Source of the DNA: Anaerolineae bacterium
Lineage (GTDB): Bacteria > Chloroflexota > Anaerolineae > UBA1429
NCBI GenBank assembly: GCA_035529675.1
Contig: DATKWG010000031.1
Span: forward strand, 1-56,517
Direction: 5' to 3'
Length of the DNA: 56,517 nt
The position numbers and the translations under genes are program-made. The notes under the pieces are model-generated. The model was not told the origin of the DNA and made no database searches. It worked only from the letters and a program-made list of their open reading frames with translations. Each line of letters begins with the position of its first letter. Position 1 is the stretch's first letter. Of the stretch, positions 26,238-34,975 are shown piece by piece.

Positions 26238-27092
26238 CTACCGCCCGTCCAGAGCCTCTCTCCAGGCGCTGGTCAGCGTGGGCAGGTCGTCGAAGATGAG
26301 GTCGGGGGGCGCATCGCAGGCAGCGGCCTCGGCCTCGGTGGAGATACCGGTCAGCAGCATTATGGTCAGGATGCCGGCGCGATGACCGCCAAGAATGTCT
26401 GTGTCCAGGCGGTCGCCGAGTATGGCCGTCTCTTCAGGTCGCGCTCCCAGCACCCGCAGTGACTGCTCGATCATGATAAGCTCGGGCTTGCCCACTACAA
26501 TGGGCTCGACATCCGTGGCGGCGGTCAGGGACGCCAGGATGCTCCCCGCGCCCGGAATGAGGTCCTTCTCCAGAGGATAGGTCTTGTCTGCGTTAGTGCC
26601 AATGAAGGTGGCCCCATCGCGTATGGCCAGGCAGGCCGTCTTGAGCTTGTCGAAGTTGATCCCCTTGTCCCAGCCACACACCACGTATTCGGCGTCGCGT
26701 CCGGCGATGACAAAGCCTCGTCCCTCCAGCTCTTCGATCAATGCGGCCTCGCCCACAACGTTGACCTTTGTGCCTGGCGGTGCCAAGGTGGCCAGATAGG
26801 CAGAGGTGGCCACGCCAGAGGTCATGATGAGATCCGGAGATACGTCGATGCCCATCTTGCCAAGGCGCGACACGAACTGAGCGGGAGTTAGGGTCGAGTT
26901 GTTGGTGACCAGCAGGTAGGGTATGCTTCGCTCCCGTAAGAAGGCGATCAGCTCGGGGCCTCCGGGAAGCCCGGTTCGCCCACGGTACAGGACGCCGTCC
27001 ATGTCGATCAAGAGACTGCGAATATCGGCAAGTACCCCATAGCTCAGGGGCACAGGTATCCCATAGCTCAGGGGCACGTGTTCCACACTCAT
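26238..27092 (-). CDS. HAD-IIA family hydrolase (NagD-like)
   Basis: LLIDMDGVLYRG...LLVTNNS...GD.L.TDI.GG. The start is uncertain: ATG 27092 abuts GGAGG, GTG 27086 has 6-nt spacing, and the track start is TTG 27110. The first ~20 codons are built from two 24-nt repeat units. Confidence 0.8.
   Translation of the reverse strand: MSVEHVPLSYGIPVPLSYGVLADIRSLLIDMDGVLYRGRTGLPGGPELIAFLRERSIPYLLVTNNSTLTPAQFVSRLGKMGIDVSPDLIMTSGVATSAYLATLAPPGTKVNVVGEAALIEELEGRGFVIAGRDAEYVVCGWDKGINFDKLKTACLAIRDGATFIGTNADKTYPLEKDLIPGAGSILASLTAATDVEPIVVGKPELIMIEQSLRVLGARPEETAILGDRLDTDILGGHRAGILTIMLLTGISTEAEAAACDAPPDLIFDDLPTLTSAWREALDGR
27032..27079. repeat. two 24-nt hairpin units (GTACCCC-ATAGCTCA-GGGGCAC) inside the 5' end of the HAD gene
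   Basis: Units lie at 27032-27055 and 27056-27079. They have the same 7-nt arms and 24-nt period as the family A module but a different 8-nt loop. They are translated as VPLSYGIPVPLSYG. Confidence 0.7.
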
Positions 27093-27270
27093 CCTCCGTT
27101 CCGCGGTCAACGTGTCAATGGGGCCTTGGCAGTCGCCAGCCCGCCGGGAGGCGCTGGTGCTCTCAATCGCCCGGATCTGGGCCCGCCCCTCAGTCTCGCA
27201 CTCGATAGCGCGATTATACCACAGGCCAGTTCGTTGGCCTAGAGAGAAGTCGCGTCCTGGGGAAAGCCTG

Positions 27271-27437
27271 GAAGGCGAGGAATCTCTGTTTCGTCCGGTT
27301 TAGACTCTTCGCCTGTACCCCTGAAGTTGGGGGCACTTGTACCCCTGAAGTTCGGGGCACTTGTACCCCTGAAGTTCGGGGCACTTGCGCTCAGAGTGAC
27401 AACGACGGGAGGTCACACAAGGTTCTTCGATACTCTT
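27271..27437 (+). repeat. MITE-like repeat family A, copy A4 (lacks the left terminus, carries the 24-nt module)
   Basis: GAAGGCGAGGAATCTCTGTTTCGTCCGGTTTAGACTCTTC...CTCAGAGTGACAACGACGGGAGGTCACACAAGGTTCTTCGATACTCTT. High identity to A1. Confidence 0.8.
27315..27386 (+). repeat. 24-bp tandem repeat, 3 units (GTACCCCTGAAGTTCGGGGCACTT)
   Basis: Units lie at 27315-27338, 27339-27362 and 27363-27386. Confidence 0.9.
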
Positions 27438-27448
27438 CCTCGATCCAA

Positions 27449-27477
27449 TTGACAGATACGTCTTTCTGTGGTATACT
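27449..27477 (+). promoter_or_regulatory. promoter of the Trp T-box leader (TTGACA-17-TATACT, TGG extended -10)
   Basis: TTGACAgatacgtctttctgtggTATACT. Confidence 0.6.
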
Positions 27478-27483
27478 CGGATC

Positions 27484-27825
27484 AATCGATAGGGAGAAAG
27501 ACTGAGATCAGGAGTAGTAACTGCCAAGGCGAGGCCAAGAGAGCCGGGGTCAGGTGAGAGCCCGGTGCCAGCGCAGGCGGCGAATGGACCTGGGAGTTGC
27601 GCGGCTGAACGCATTGGTCAGTAGGCCACGACGGAGTCGCCACCGTTATCTGGGCAGAGGGTATCGGTTGCTTGTTGCATCCTGTACCTGCAAAGAGTGA
27701 GGCTGGCTTAGGAGATGCACCCCGCCATCATGGCGGGGCTTTTGTTTCCGGCGCCAGGCTAATGAGGGTGGCACCGCGGGGGCCAAGGCTCTCGTCCCAC
27801 AAGGGACGAGAGCCTTGTTTGGTTT
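27484..27825 (+). promoter_or_regulatory. T-box riboswitch leader, tRNA-Trp specific (UGG specifier)
   Basis: Stem I elements AGGAGTAGTAA, AGAGAG and GGTGAGAG. The specifier context is GAA-UGG-A (UGG at 27585-27587). The T-box sequence is AATGAGGGTGGCACCGCGG (27761-27779), with a UGGC bulge. A perfect 14-bp terminator follows. Confidence 0.8.
27785..27825 (+). terminator. intrinsic terminator of the Trp T-box leader
   Basis: AAGGCTCTCGTCCC-acaa-GGGACGAGAGCCTT followed by GTTTGGTTT. Confidence 0.8.
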
Positions 27826-28028
27826 GACGCGGATGGAGTGCCGTGCGTCAGCCCTACGCTGCCGATGAGTACGTTCTTGGCAAGATCAACGGGGATCCCA
27901 GACTGGTCGCGAAAGGAGGTGAGGCAGAACGAAGAAGAGTATGGGCCAACACTGCACCATCAGTGTCTGGTCAGCTCCAATGGCTTCTCGAACCGCGCCC
28001 TGCACATGGAGAAACAAGAGAGGAAGAC

Positions 28029-29384
28029 ATGGACACCAAGATCCTTCTAAGCGAAAAAGAGATGCCCACGGTGTGGTACAATATCCAGGCAGACCTGCCG
28101 GAGCCACTGCCGCCACTTTTGCATCCCGCTACCGCTGAACCGACCATCTTGCCACCGCCTCTGTTCGCGGGGGCACTGAACGAGCAGGAGTTCAGCACCG
28201 AACGCTACATAGAGATCCCCGGAGAAGTGCTGGATGTGTTGCGGCTCTGGCGGCCCACTCCCCTGTTCAGAGCCTTCCGCCTGGAGAAGGCATTGGGGAC
28301 CCCGGCCAGGATCTACTACAAGTATGAGGGAGTCAGCCCCCCAGGCAGCCACAAGCCCAATACCGCCGTGGCTCAGGCCTACTACAACAAGGTGGAGGGC
28401 GTGAAGCGTATGGCCACTGAGACCGGAGCTGGCCAGTGGGGCAGTGCCCTCTCCATGGCCTGCCGGTTCTTTGACCTGGAGTGCAAGGTCTACATGGTCA
28501 GGATCAGCTACGAGCAAAAACCCTACCGTCGCATACTCATGGAGACCTGGGGCTCCAAGGTGGTCCCCAGCCCCAGCCCCGATACTCAGTTCGGCCGCCA
28601 GTTGCTGGCGGAGGACCCGGAGAACCTTGGTTCGCTGGGCATCGCCATCAGCGAGGCCGTAGAGGATGCAGCCACCCATGACGATACCAAGTACTCTATC
28701 GGTAGCTGCCTGAACCACGTGCTTCTCCATCAAACCATCGTCGGGCAAGAGGCGATGCTGCAGATGGAGAAGGCCGGCGACTATCCCGACATCGTCATCG
28801 GCTGCATCGGGGGCGGCTCCAACTTCGCTGGGGCCAGCTTCCCCTTCGTGCGCGACAGGCTGGTGGACGGCAAGGAGATTCAGTTCATCGCCTGTGAGGC
28901 CAGGGCTTGCCCCAGCACCACCAGGGGCACGTATGCCTACGACTATGGGGATACGGCCAAGATGGCCCCCATCGCCAAGATGTACACCGTTGGCCACACC
29001 TTCGTGCCCGCGGCCATCCATGCCGGAGGGCTACGCTACCATGGTATGGCACCGCTCATCTCCTACCTTATCGAGAAGGGCGTCATGGAGGCCAGAGCCT
29101 ATCACCAGAACGAGGTCTTTGAGGCCGCCGTGCAGTTCGCCCGGGCAGAAGGATACCTTGGCGCTCCCGAGACGGCGCACGCTATCAAGGCCACCATCGA
29201 CGAAGCCCTCAAGTGCAAAGAGACGGGAGAGTCCAAAGCCATTCTGCTGGCCTTCAGTGGTCACGGCCACTTTGACCTGGCTGCCTACGATGCTTACTTG
29301 TCTGGCCAGTTGGAAGACTATGCCTACCCAGAAGAAGAGATCCAAAAGGCCTTGGCCAGTCTCCCAGAGGTGCCTGCAACCTGA
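28029..29384 (+). CDS. trpB: TrpB-like PLP-dependent enzyme, TrpB2 class (tryptophan synthase beta-like)
   Basis: [13 protein letters not shown]...[32 protein letters not shown]....F.L...VYMV..SY.QKPYRR.LMETWG..V.PSPS is typical of TrpB2. Start moved from 27843 to the ATG at 28029 (451 aa). Confidence 0.9.
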   Translation: MDTKILLSEKEMPTVWYNIQADLPEPLPPLLHPATAEPTILPPPLFAGALNEQEFSTERYIEIPGEVLDVLRLWRPTPLFRAFRLEKALGTPARIYYKYEGVSPPGSHKPNTAVAQAYYNKVEGVKRMATETGAGQWGSALSMACRFFDLECKVYMVRISYEQKPYRRILMETWGSKVVPSPSPDTQFGRQLLAEDPENLGSLGIAISEAVEDAATHDDTKYSIGSCLNHVLLHQTIVGQEAMLQMEKAGDYPDIVIGCIGGGSNFAGASFPFVRDRLVDGKEIQFIACEARACPSTTRGTYAYDYGDTAKMAPIAKMYTVGHTFVPAAIHAGGLRYHGMAPLISYLIEKGVMEARAYHQNEVFEAAVQFARAEGYLGAPETAHAIKATIDEALKCKETGESKAILLAFSGHGHFDLAAYDAYLSGQLEDYAYPEEEIQKALASLPEVPAT

Positions 29385-29400
29385 GCGGCCCTGCAGGGAT

Positions 29401-29427
29401 GGGGCAGAGGGGAGCACCCTCTGCCCC
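29401..29427 (+). other. 10-bp GC-rich hairpin between trpB2 and serA, no U-tract
   Basis: GGGGCAGAGG-ggagcac-CCTCTGCCCC. Confidence 0.4.
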
Positions 29428-29471
29428 ACGCTTCGATCGCACTCACAGACAACCTTGATCGAGAGGTGCTT

Positions 29472-31049
29472 ATGACCAAGAAGGTGCTGGTGGTCGGATC
29501 TCTTGCCGAGCCGGCCATTCGGCTACTGCAGAAATCATGCCAGGTGGAGGTGCGCCTTGGGCTCTCTCCTGAGGAGTTGCTGCAGACCATCGGAGATTAC
29601 CACGCACTGATTGTGCGCAGCGGCATCCAGGTCACGGCGCGGCTGTTGGCATCTGCCAAGAAGCTGGTTGTGGTAGCAAGGGCTGGCACGGGGGTTGACA
29701 ACATCGATCTGGACGCAGCGACCCGCAGGGGGATCGTCGTGGTGAACGCCCCAACCAGCAATACCGTGGCTGTGGCCGAGCACACTGTGGCCCTGATGCT
29801 CTGTCTGGCGCGGCACATCATCCAAGCCGACAGTGACATGCACACAGGCCGGTGGCAGAAGAGACATCTGACGGGCACCGAGTTGCGAGACAAGGTGCTG
29901 GGCCTGGTTGGCCTGGGCCGTGTCGGCTCGGCGGTAGCATCGCGGGCCAGAGGGCTCGAGATGAAGGTAATCGCCCACGACCCGTTTGTGTCGCCCGACA
30001 GAGCAGCGAAACTCGACGTGGAGATGGTTGGTCTCGACGATCTGCTCTCTCGAGCCGACTATGTTTCGCTGCATGCGCCGTCCACCGAGCGCACTCGCGG
30101 CATGATCGGGGCACGAGAACTGGCCTTGATGAAGCCGCGCGCTCGCCTCATCAACTGCGCGAGAGGAGATCTGATAGTGGGCGAGGACCTGGTCGCGGCC
30201 CTGCGGGAGGGCAGGCTGGCCGGCGCGGCCCTGGATGTGTTCGTTGATGAGCCCACTATCGATCCAGCCCTTTGCCAGTGCCCGAACCTGTTGCTGACTC
30301 CTCATCTTGGGGCCTCGACGGAAGAGGCCCAACAGGGCGCAGCGCGACAGGTGGCGCAGCAGGTGATCGACGTTCTGGAGGGGCGCACTCCCCGCTACCC
30401 AGTCAACGTGGTGGCTCTCTCCCCCAAAGAGTTAGAGTTCCTCGAACCATATCTCGTACTTGCCCGGCGAATGGGCATGTTCTATGCTCAGCTTGCCGAG
30501 AACAACCTGAGTCATCTGGAGTTGACCTACGTCGGCGACATCGCTGAGCACGATACGACGCTGATCACCGCAGCCGCTCTGGCTGGCCTGCTCGGCGAAG
30601 CCAGCGAGGAACCGGTCAATCTGGTCAATGCCCGTCTGGTGGCCCGCGATCGGGGACTGGTGGTGAGCGAAGTGCGTACGCCCCAGGCTCAGGGCTTTGG
30701 CGATTCGGTCACGATCCGCGCTCAGACCACCAGCGGCACCCGTCTGCTCAGTGGCACCGTCATTCGAGGCCAGGCACACATCGTTCGTATCGATGCACAC
30801 TGGCTCGATTTCGTGGCCGACGGCCTGCTTCTGGTCACCGAGCACGTCGAGCAGCCGGGTGTGATTGGCCAGATGGGTACCCTGCTGGGCCAGGAAGGTA
30901 TCAGCATCAGCTTCGTGCAGGTGGGAAGGCAGAAGAGAGGCGGGCCAGGACTCATGGTCGTTGGGCTGGATGATCCCATCACCGAGGAGACGCTGGCTCG
31001 GATCATGACCATGCCGAGCATCCGCTCGGCCCGGGTCATCAGACTCTGA
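29472..31049 (+). CDS. serA: D-3-phosphoglycerate dehydrogenase (long form with ASB/ACT domains)
   Basis: VVARAGTGVDNIDLDAAT..GI.V.NAP..N..AVAEH, a Rossmann motif GLVGLGRVG, and a C-terminal ACT-like region. The ATG at 29472 lies 5 nt after GAGAGG. Confidence 0.9.
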   Translation: MTKKVLVVGSLAEPAIRLLQKSCQVEVRLGLSPEELLQTIGDYHALIVRSGIQVTARLLASAKKLVVVARAGTGVDNIDLDAATRRGIVVVNAPTSNTVAVAEHTVALMLCLARHIIQADSDMHTGRWQKRHLTGTELRDKVLGLVGLGRVGSAVASRARGLEMKVIAHDPFVSPDRAAKLDVEMVGLDDLLSRADYVSLHAPSTERTRGMIGARELALMKPRARLINCARGDLIVGEDLVAALREGRLAGAALDVFVDEPTIDPALCQCPNLLLTPHLGASTEEAQQGAARQVAQQVIDVLEGRTPRYPVNVVALSPKELEFLEPYLVLARRMGMFYAQLAENNLSHLELTYVGDIAEHDTTLITAAALAGLLGEASEEPVNLVNARLVARDRGLVVSEVRTPQAQGFGDSVTIRAQTTSGTRLLSGTVIRGQAHIVRIDAHWLDFVADGLLLVTEHVEQPGVIGQMGTLLGQEGISISFVQVGRQKRGGPGLMVVGLDDPITEETLARIMTMPSIRSARVIRL

Positions 31050-31054
31050 TCCTC

Positions 31055-32416
31055 TTAGTAGACTCCTGGCGGGTCGCTGGGAGGTGGCGGAAGACCCCTG
31101 AATTCAGCCCAGGCCTCTCTGGCCTCGGCGACCACGAAGAGAGAGCCTGTAACCAGAACCAGGTCGTCTTCTGTAGCCTGGTGCAATCCCTGCTTTAGCG
31201 CCTCACGCACGCTACCCACGGTGATTGCCTCGTGCTCTAGGCCATCCGCCATCAGCTTCAAGTCGGCGGCGGGCGTCGCCTTGGCATGTTTCGCTTGGGT
31301 CACATAGGTCACATCGACGGCGGGAAGGAGTAGTGCTAGCTGCCCCTCGGGGCTGTGGGTGTGGCCAGCCCCAAAGATGAGAATGATTCGTCGCCATGAG
31401 AGATACTCTCCCGCCGCTTCCAACAGGCGTCGCACAGAGTAGGCGTTGTGGGCGCCATCCACAACCACCAGGGGAGCCTGTCCCAAGACTTCCATGCGTC
31501 CCGGCCAGTGGACGGTGGCCAGTCCGCGACGCACTGCGTCCTTGCCAATAGACACGCCACTCCTCTGCAACACGTCGATGGCGGCCACCGCGGTACAGGC
31601 GTTCTCCAACTGGTGAGCGCCTAGCAACGGTATCCACAGCGCGGGGAACTCGGCCGCTTCTTCGTTGCCCGGAGTGTACACTGTCAGGCTCTGCCCAGAG
31701 AGATCAGACCCCTCGAAACGCCAGCACCAGTCCAGGCCGGCCACGGTCAATGGCGCGTCGTGGCTCGCACACGTATCCTGGATGACCTGCATCGCCTCCG
31801 GACGCTGTGGCGCGGTCACCACCGGGATCTCGGGCTTGATGATCCCTGCCTTTTCCCGGGCGATGGCCTCGATGGTATCACCAAGAACCTTTGTGTGGTC
31901 GAGGCTGATGGAGGTGATGACCGACACCATTGGACGGAGAACGTTGGTTGCATCCAGGCGTCCACCCATTCCCACCTCAAAGACGCCAAAATCGACTTGC
32001 CTCTCGGCATAGTAGCGCATAGCCAGCGCAGTGATGATCTCAAACACGGTAACATCAGGACGCGATTCGAGGATGGGAAGCATCCCCTCGATCACCCTGG
32101 CAACGTCTTCCTCCGGAATGAGCTCTGCCTCGATTCGGATGCGCTCCCGAAAGGTGTGCAGGTGAGGCGAGGAATACATGCCCGTGCGGTAGCCGGCTGC
32201 GCGCAACACGGAATCGATCATGGCCGTGGTGGAGCCCTTGCCCTTGGTGCCGGCAATGTGCACGGAACGAAAGGCCCGGTGAGGGCTACCCAATCGCTCC
32301 AGTAGCTGTTCCATTCGCGCAAGGCGATAGACGCGCTCGGAATAGGGCGGTTGCCCTTGACGCTCGTAGTCAGTCCGTTGGAAGATGGCTCGCAACGCGT
32401 CTCGATAGGTGAGCAT
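31055..32416 (-). CDS. folC: bifunctional folylpolyglutamate synthase / dihydrofolate synthase
   Basis: HIAGTKGKGST.AM. P-loop and Mur-ligase-like middle and C-terminal domains. The ATG at 32416 lies 6 nt after AGGAG (track start is TTG 32422). Confidence 0.9.
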   Translation of the reverse strand: MLTYRDALRAIFQRTDYERQGQPPYSERVYRLARMEQLLERLGSPHRAFRSVHIAGTKGKGSTTAMIDSVLRAAGYRTGMYSSPHLHTFRERIRIEAELIPEEDVARVIEGMLPILESRPDVTVFEIITALAMRYYAERQVDFGVFEVGMGGRLDATNVLRPMVSVITSISLDHTKVLGDTIEAIAREKAGIIKPEIPVVTAPQRPEAMQVIQDTCASHDAPLTVAGLDWCWRFEGSDLSGQSLTVYTPGNEEAAEFPALWIPLLGAHQLENACTAVAAIDVLQRSGVSIGKDAVRRGLATVHWPGRMEVLGQAPLVVVDGAHNAYSVRRLLEAAGEYLSWRRIILIFGAGHTHSPEGQLALLLPAVDVTYVTQAKHAKATPAADLKLMADGLEHEAITVGSVREALKQGLHQATEDDLVLVTGSLFVVAEAREAWAEFRGLPPPPSDPPGVY

Positions 32417-32577
32417 GGGCAACTCCTGGGTGAGGCACGAAAGACGATGGACTCGCCAGAGATTCTACAGCAAGACGGCCGCGGCGCAAAAGCGGAGCAT
32501 CTGCTCCACCCACAGCTTTCGAATGATCGTGCGGACCATCTCCTGCTGCAAGCACTTTTGAGGCTGTTGAAAAAGCA

Positions 32578-32768
32578 GCTCCGAATCTGACCGGAGGTGC
32601 ATCGGTGGCGTGTTGCCTGGATACTGCAGCCAGCACGACGTAAACGAAAACAAAGGACGGATATAGGCCTTGGTGTAGTAGGGGCGATTCGTCGCAGATC
32701 CTGGCGAAGCCGGGGCGAATCGCCCCTACCAGGTGACGGCTACCCTCTCGGCGTTTTTCGATGCTCTC
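32578..32768 (+). repeat. MITE-like repeat family B, copy B1
   Basis: GCTCCGAA..CCGGAGGTGCATCGGTGGCGTG..TGGATACT...GGACGGATATAGGCC.TGGTGTAGTAGGGGCGATTCG[24-nt insert]CGAATCGCCCCTACC..TGACGGC.ACCCTCTCGGCG. It aligns with 52952-53110. Confidence 0.75.
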
Positions 32769-32779
32769 ACTTTCTTTGC

Positions 32780-32808
32780 TTGCCTGGAGGTCGTCCAATA
32801 GGTAGAAT
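32780..32808 (+). promoter_or_regulatory. promoter of tkt (TTGCCT-17-TAGAAT)
   Basis: TTGCCTggaggtcgtccaataggTAGAAT, 11 nt after repeat B1. Confidence 0.5.
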
Positions 32809-32875
32809 GACCGGCAGTCTTGTGGAGCTCGCCGACAGCATCACGTTGCCTGGTCATCGCAAAGGAGTCAGCAAC

Positions 32876-34888
32876 ATGCCAAACCCCATCGGTCCTGAAC
32901 TGACCCAGTTGGCGGTCAACACCATCAAGATGCTGGCCGTGGATGCAGTGGAGAAGGCCAGGTCAGGCCATCCGGGGATGCCCATGGGAGCCGCCCACTA
33001 CGCTTTCACTCTCTGGGCGCGCTATCTGCGCTTCAACCCGGACGATCCGACCTGGCCCAACCGCGATCGCTTTGTACTTTCGGCGGGCCACGGCTCCATG
33101 TTGCTCTATGCCCTGTTGCACCTCTCTGGATACGATCTCCCCATGGAAGAGCTCAAGCGCTTTCGCCAATGGGGCAGCAAGACGCCAGGCCATCCCGAAT
33201 ATGGCCTGACTCCGGGTGTGGACACCACCACTGGTCCGTTGGGGCAGGGATTCGGCAACGGCGTGGGCATGGCCATCGCGGCCAAGATGGCCGCTGCGCG
33301 ATACAACACGGCCGACCATACCATCGTTGACCACAATGTGTATGGCATGGTCAGTGACGGGGACCTGATGGAGGGGGTAGCTTCAGAGGCTGCATCCCTG
33401 GCCGGACATCTGGGCCTGGGGAACATCATCTACTTCTATGACGACAATCGCATCAGCATCGAGGGCTCAACCGAACTCACCTTCACCGAGGACCGGGGCA
33501 AGCGGTTCGAGGCCTATAACTGGCAGGTGATACACATCGATGGCCATGACTGCGAGGCAGCGGCCCGTGCCATCGAGCGAGCTCAGGCTGATCCCGAGAG
33601 GCCGGCTCTCATCGTAGCTCGCACTCACATCGCCATGGGCAGCCCCAACAAGGTGGATACGGCTGGGTCTCATGGCGCTCCCCTTGGACCGGACGAGGTG
33701 GCGGCCACGAAGAAGGCTCTGGGCTGGCCCGAGGAACCAGGCTTTTTTGTTCCGGATGAGGTCCGCCAGGTCTTTGCTGACCGGATAGCCGAGTTGAAAG
33801 GCATCTACGACGCCTGGCAAGCCGAGTTCGCGGCCTGGGGCAAAGCCAATCCTCGCCTCGCCGCGAAACGTGAGGTTGCCATGGCCAAGGCGTTGCCCGA
33901 TGACCTGGAACAACAGCTTCTATCGGCATTGCCGGCCAAACCCAATGCCACGCGCCGTCTGAGTAGCGCGATCATGCAAAAGATCGGCGAACTCGTGCCC
34001 GGCCTCGTGGGTGGCTCGGCAGATTTGGCCCCCTCGACCTCAACCCTGATAGATGGTGCCGCCGACATCGCTCCTGGTTCTTTTGGCGGGCGGAACTTTC
34101 GCTTTGGCGTGCGTGAACATGCTATGGGGGCCATCCTCAACGGCATCGCCCTCTATGGTGGCCTGGTCCCCTTTGGTGCCACCTTCCTCGTCTTTGCCGA
34201 CTATATGCGGCCACCCATCCGCCTTGCCAGCATGATGCGGCAGCAGGTAGTGTACGTCTTTACCCACGACAGCATCTTTGTGGGTGAGGATGGCCCCACT
34301 CACGAGCCGGTGGAGCAGATTGCCTCGCTTCGCCTGATCCCGGGAATGACCGTGATCCGGCCAGCCGATGGGCCAGAGGTCGCCGCTGCCTGGGCCTATG
34401 CCCTGCGCCATCAGGAGGGGCCCACCGCCCTGGTCTTGACCCGGCAAGGCGTGCCCGCCATCCAACGCCAGGAGCCCTTTTCCTTCGAGGCCTTTAACCG
34501 GGGCGCGTACGTTGTGACCGAGACTCCTGACAGGGAGCCCGACCTGGTGCTAGTGGGCACGGGTTCGGAACTGCAGCTGGCTCTGGCCGCCAAGCCCGCC
34601 CTGGAGCGGGCTGGTTATGCTACACGCGTCGTATCTATGCCCTGTCGAGAACTCTACCTGCAACAGGATGAAGCCTTCCGCGTGGCGCTCGTTCCGGCTT
34701 CGACCAAGAAGGTGCTCATCGAGGTGGGTGTCCGCTTCGGCTGGGATCGAATCGTTGGCCACGACGCGCTGTTCATCACCCAGGAAGGGTTCGGGCACTC
34801 TGCGCCCGGCAAAGTGCTGGCAGAGAAACTGGGCTTCACCGGCGAACGGGTGGCAACCAGAGTGCTGGCCTGGATTCGAGGGCGATAG
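32876..34888 (+). CDS. tkt: transketolase
   Basis: [26 protein letters not shown]...[25 protein letters not shown] and the full-length family pattern. The ATG at 32876 lies 8 nt after AAAGGAG (670 aa). Confidence 0.95.
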   Translation: MPNPIGPELTQLAVNTIKMLAVDAVEKARSGHPGMPMGAAHYAFTLWARYLRFNPDDPTWPNRDRFVLSAGHGSMLLYALLHLSGYDLPMEELKRFRQWGSKTPGHPEYGLTPGVDTTTGPLGQGFGNGVGMAIAAKMAAARYNTADHTIVDHNVYGMVSDGDLMEGVASEAASLAGHLGLGNIIYFYDDNRISIEGSTELTFTEDRGKRFEAYNWQVIHIDGHDCEAAARAIERAQADPERPALIVARTHIAMGSPNKVDTAGSHGAPLGPDEVAATKKALGWPEEPGFFVPDEVRQVFADRIAELKGIYDAWQAEFAAWGKANPRLAAKREVAMAKALPDDLEQQLLSALPAKPNATRRLSSAIMQKIGELVPGLVGGSADLAPSTSTLIDGAADIAPGSFGGRNFRFGVREHAMGAILNGIALYGGLVPFGATFLVFADYMRPPIRLASMMRQQVVYVFTHDSIFVGEDGPTHEPVEQIASLRLIPGMTVIRPADGPEVAAAWAYALRHQEGPTALVLTRQGVPAIQRQEPFSFEAFNRGAYVVTETPDREPDLVLVGTGSELQLALAAKPALERAGYATRVVSMPCRELYLQQDEAFRVALVPASTKKVLIEVGVRFGWDRIVGHDALFITQEGFGHSAPGKVLAEKLGFTGERVATRVLAWIRGR

Positions 34889-34975
34889 TGTGCCGCTGTC
34901 AAAAGGGTGCCCGGCTTCATGAATCTTGGGCAAGGGTGCACGCTTTGGGATACTCGAGAGCATGGTCGTCCGGGG

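Noticed and set aside
27941-28138. A 65-codon ORF with two Trp codons between the T-box and trpB2, possibly a Trp leader peptide.
   Set aside because: The ATG is 21 nt from the SD-like sequence, the Trp codons are not tandem or near an attenuator, the ORF overlaps the trpB2 start out of frame, and regulation is already explained by the T-box.
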